64,000 bases of DNA from Parcubacteria group bacterium M6-OD1-1. GTDB lineage: Bacteria; Patescibacteriota; Minisyncoccia; GWC2-36-17; M10-OD1-4. This document shows positions 62,168 through 64,000 of the stretch, one piece after another. A model generated the notes under the pieces. It searched no databases and was not told the DNA's origin. It saw nothing but the letters and a program-made list of their open reading frames with translations. The position numbers and the translations under genes were made by a program. How positions within the stretch are numbered: the stretch's first letter is position 1; every line of letters starts with the position of its first letter. Location: contig LSNK01000001.1 of NCBI GenBank assembly GCA_003056085.1, positions 8,481-72,480 of the forward strand, written 5' to 3'.

Positions 62168-62402
62168 TGGTGGGCCCGGCAGGACTTGAACCTGCAGTCC
62201 TGGTTTTGGAGACCAATTGGGGCTGTTACTGAATATGCTTTCTTAGCAAAATTGATTTAATTTCAGACGAAAACGATAAAAATTGAAGAACTTATATTTT
62301 AATATAGGTGATGAAATTTTTATAGTTTGCAGGCGAAATTAAACAATTGTAGCAGAAATGATATTTAGTAATAGTCCCACTTACCAATTAACCGACGAGC
62401 CC
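62168..62402 (-). tRNA. tRNA-Trp(CCA) split by a ~163-bp hairpin insertion (probably pseudo)
   Basis: 5' GGGCTCGTCGGTTAATTGGTAA; 3' TTGGT-CTCCAAA-ACCAG..GCAGGTTCAAGTCCTGCCGGGCCCACCA. Confidence 0.8.
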
Positions 62403-62469
62403 TTAATTTAAAACATTGAAAAAACTTTGATTTTATTTGCTTTCCACATTTATTTTCGGCAAAACAAAA

Positions 62470-62616
62470 TCAAAATTCTTCTAAGATTTTTTCATAACAT
62501 CTTTTACAAAGATGAAACTTTATTACTTTATTGTCCTTGTCTGGAGGGCTCAACAAAATACCACCAAATTCATTTAGTACTTCATTGCACTTATCACAAA
62601 TAGGATCTATAGACAT
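62470..62616 (-). CDS. Small zinc-finger protein (48 aa)
   Basis: MSIDPICDKC..FGGILLSPPD..FHLCKRCY; below ORF track cutoff. Confidence 0.75.
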   Translation of the reverse strand: MSIDPICDKCNEVLNEFGGILLSPPDKDNKVIKFHLCKRCYEKILEEF

Positions 62617-62641
62617 ATATGTACTGGATTAATTATTTTTG

Positions 62642-62712
62642 CGGGCCCTGAGGGAATCGAACCCCCGACCGAGGTTTTGGAGACCCCTATTATACCACTT
62701 AACTAAGAGCCC
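62642..62712 (-). tRNA. tRNA-Trp(CCA)
   Basis: GGGCTCT acceptor, GGGGT-CTCCAAA-ACCTC, GGTTCGATTCC. Confidence 0.93.
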
Positions 62713-62775
62713 TAATCTGATATTATTTACAACTTTTATAAAGCAGACCCACTATTTATGCAGGTCTGCGTTTGA

Positions 62776-62937
62776 TTATTTCTTCTTTATTTCTTTATGA
62801 ACTTTGTGAGCTCTGCAAACCTTACAAAACTTTTTGTATTCCAACTTTCTTTGAACTGACTTTTTATTTTTTGTTGTCCAATAGTTGATGTTTTTGCAGT
62901 TGTCGCATTTCATCTTTATTAAGGTATCTTGTGACAT
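62776..62937 (-). CDS. rpmG: 50S ribosomal protein L33
   Basis: MSQDTLIKMKCDNCKNINYWTTKNKK..LEYKKFCKVCRAHKVHKE. Confidence 0.95.
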   Translation of the reverse strand: MSQDTLIKMKCDNCKNINYWTTKNKKSVQRKLEYKKFCKVCRAHKVHKEIKKK

Positions 62938-62981
62938 ATATTTAATCAGCTTTTAGCCTATTAGTTTTATTAATAAAATTT

Positions 62982-63057
62982 TGGAGCCGTTGTGCGGGAT
63001 TGAACCGCAGACCTCATCCTTACCATGGATGCGCTCTACCAACTGAGCTACAACGGC
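62982..63057 (-). tRNA. tRNA-Thr(GGT)
   Basis: GCCGTTG acceptor, CATCC-ATGGTAA-GGATG, encoded CCA. Confidence 0.96.
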
Positions 63058-63207
63058 AAAATAGAAAAATATTCTAACTTACCCCCATTAGTAAGGAACT
63101 TCCAAATAGTAATATATTATTTAGATTTTTTCAATAGCAAGGCATAAAAAGAAAACACAAGGCTTATTTTAGACTTTTTAAATATCTTTTTGAAAATTAA
63201 AAAATAC

Positions 63208-63236
63208 TTGACAAAATACATCTACTGGTGTATAGT
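63208..63236 (+). promoter_or_regulatory. Sigma70-type promoter
   Basis: TTGACA-N17-TATAGT. Confidence 0.75.
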
Positions 63237-63294
63237 TGAAGAACAGTTAGTTGAGAAATTATATTCAAATCATTATCCAAAGGAGGATTTTAGA

Positions 63295-63648
63295 ATGATT
63301 AAATTAGCAATTGGCAATAAAGAAAAAACTGTACTTTTAACAATCACCGCAATTCTACTACTTGCCCTATCGGCATACATCGGAGAACGTTTCCAGCCCT
63401 ACAAAATCACCAAAAATATCGGCTCTTATGCCGTTAAGCAGATTGCAACAGCAGACACGCACAAAAAAGCGCATGCCAGAGCATCAACCGAACGACATAT
63501 CAAATATGTCGTGAAAAAAGGCGACACTGTCTGGAATATATCCAAAAAATATAAAGTTCATCCGGAACTGTTGAAGTTTGCCAATCATCTGGGGAACAAC
63601 TCCAAAATCACCATTGGGCAAAGGCTCACAATTCCAAAAAACAGCTGA
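63295..63648 (+). CDS. LysM-domain membrane protein
   Basis: AAGGAGG SD, TM segment, YVVKKGDTVWNISKKY..N..I.IGQ.L.IP. Confidence 0.9.
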   Translation: MIKLAIGNKEKTVLLTITAILLLALSAYIGERFQPYKITKNIGSYAVKQIATADTHKKAHARASTERHIKYVVKKGDTVWNISKKYKVHPELLKFANHLGNNSKITIGQRLTIPKNS

Positions 63649-63666
63649 GAGCAACCCTCAGCAAAT

Positions 63667-63698
63667 TACCCCGAAATCATCTGATTTCGGGGTTTTTT
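63667..63698 (+). terminator. Intrinsic terminator
   Basis: accccgaaatca..tgatttcggggttttttt. Confidence 0.8.
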
Positions 63699-63831
63699 AT
63701 TTAATATCAACCACATTTTCAATAACTCAACGGATTGAGTTATTGACCATATTTATTAAAAACGAGCTTCAATAAAAAAACCACTTTAAAACAAAAGCCC
63801 TAAGTGTTAACACTCGGGGTTTTTGTTTTTT

Positions 63832-63873
63832 TGGTGCGTGGTGAGGGACTCGAACCCCCGTAGGCATAAAGCC
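63832..63873 (-). repeat. Duplicate of the tRNA-Tyr 3' half with CCA (att-like scar)
   Basis: 63834..63873 identical to 63899..63938. Confidence 0.9.
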
Positions 63874-63899
63874 ATCCCGTTATTTTAAAATTTACAGAG

Positions 63900-63983
63900 T
63901 GCGTGGTGAGGGACTCGAACCCCCGTAGGCATAAAGCCGTCAGATTTACAGTCTGATGCGTTTGACCACTCCGCCAACCACGC
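63900..63983 (-). tRNA. tRNA-Tyr(GTA)
   Basis: GCGTGGT acceptor, TCAGA-CTGTAAA-TCTGA, long variable arm. Confidence 0.96.
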
Positions 63984-64000
63984 ACTCTGGAAACTTTAAT

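Noticed and set aside
61942-62232. 96-aa ORF ending in GPAGLEP; likewise 63800..63985 and 4256..4441
   Set aside because: Translations running through tRNA sequence.

Overview
AT-rich bacterial chromosome segment in genetic code 11. It is most consistent with Patescibacteria/CPR (Parcubacteria-like); this is inferred from a 23S-5S unit without 16S, rRNA introns, rpoBC without rplJL and core genes lacking Shine-Dalgarno (SD) sites. From left to right: a decayed island at tRNA-Ser (hsdM, XRE regulators, rearranged serine recombinase), then lemA/htpX/pgsA, an iscR-iscS-iscU cluster with ferredoxin and Rieske genes, and cysS, dnaB, recR, rplU, uvrC, secG, an ABC binding protein, a phosphomannomutase, ychF, rpsF-ssb-rpsR, recA, ftsK, rpoBC and rodA. 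The 23S rRNA has two group I introns (L1931 with a LAGLIDADG endonuclease; L2593 with a nested structured RNA in place of an ORF) and two hairpin insertions. Further right are gpsA, rpiB, gap, trxB, a glutaredoxin, an IS30 relic, sod, frameshifted secreted peptidases and a tRNA-Tyr/Thr/rpmG/Trp cluster. The most novel signal is a layered set of non-coding palindromic elements: a covarying ~125-bp hairpin family docked at stop codons, with a probable member splitting a duplicated tRNA-Trp; a ~50-bp micro-element nested inside one copy; REP-like in-frame insertions; and 7-8-mer repeat arrays before start codons. One entry of the supplied ORF track (39976..40269) has the wrong strand. All calls are by eye; no searches were run.
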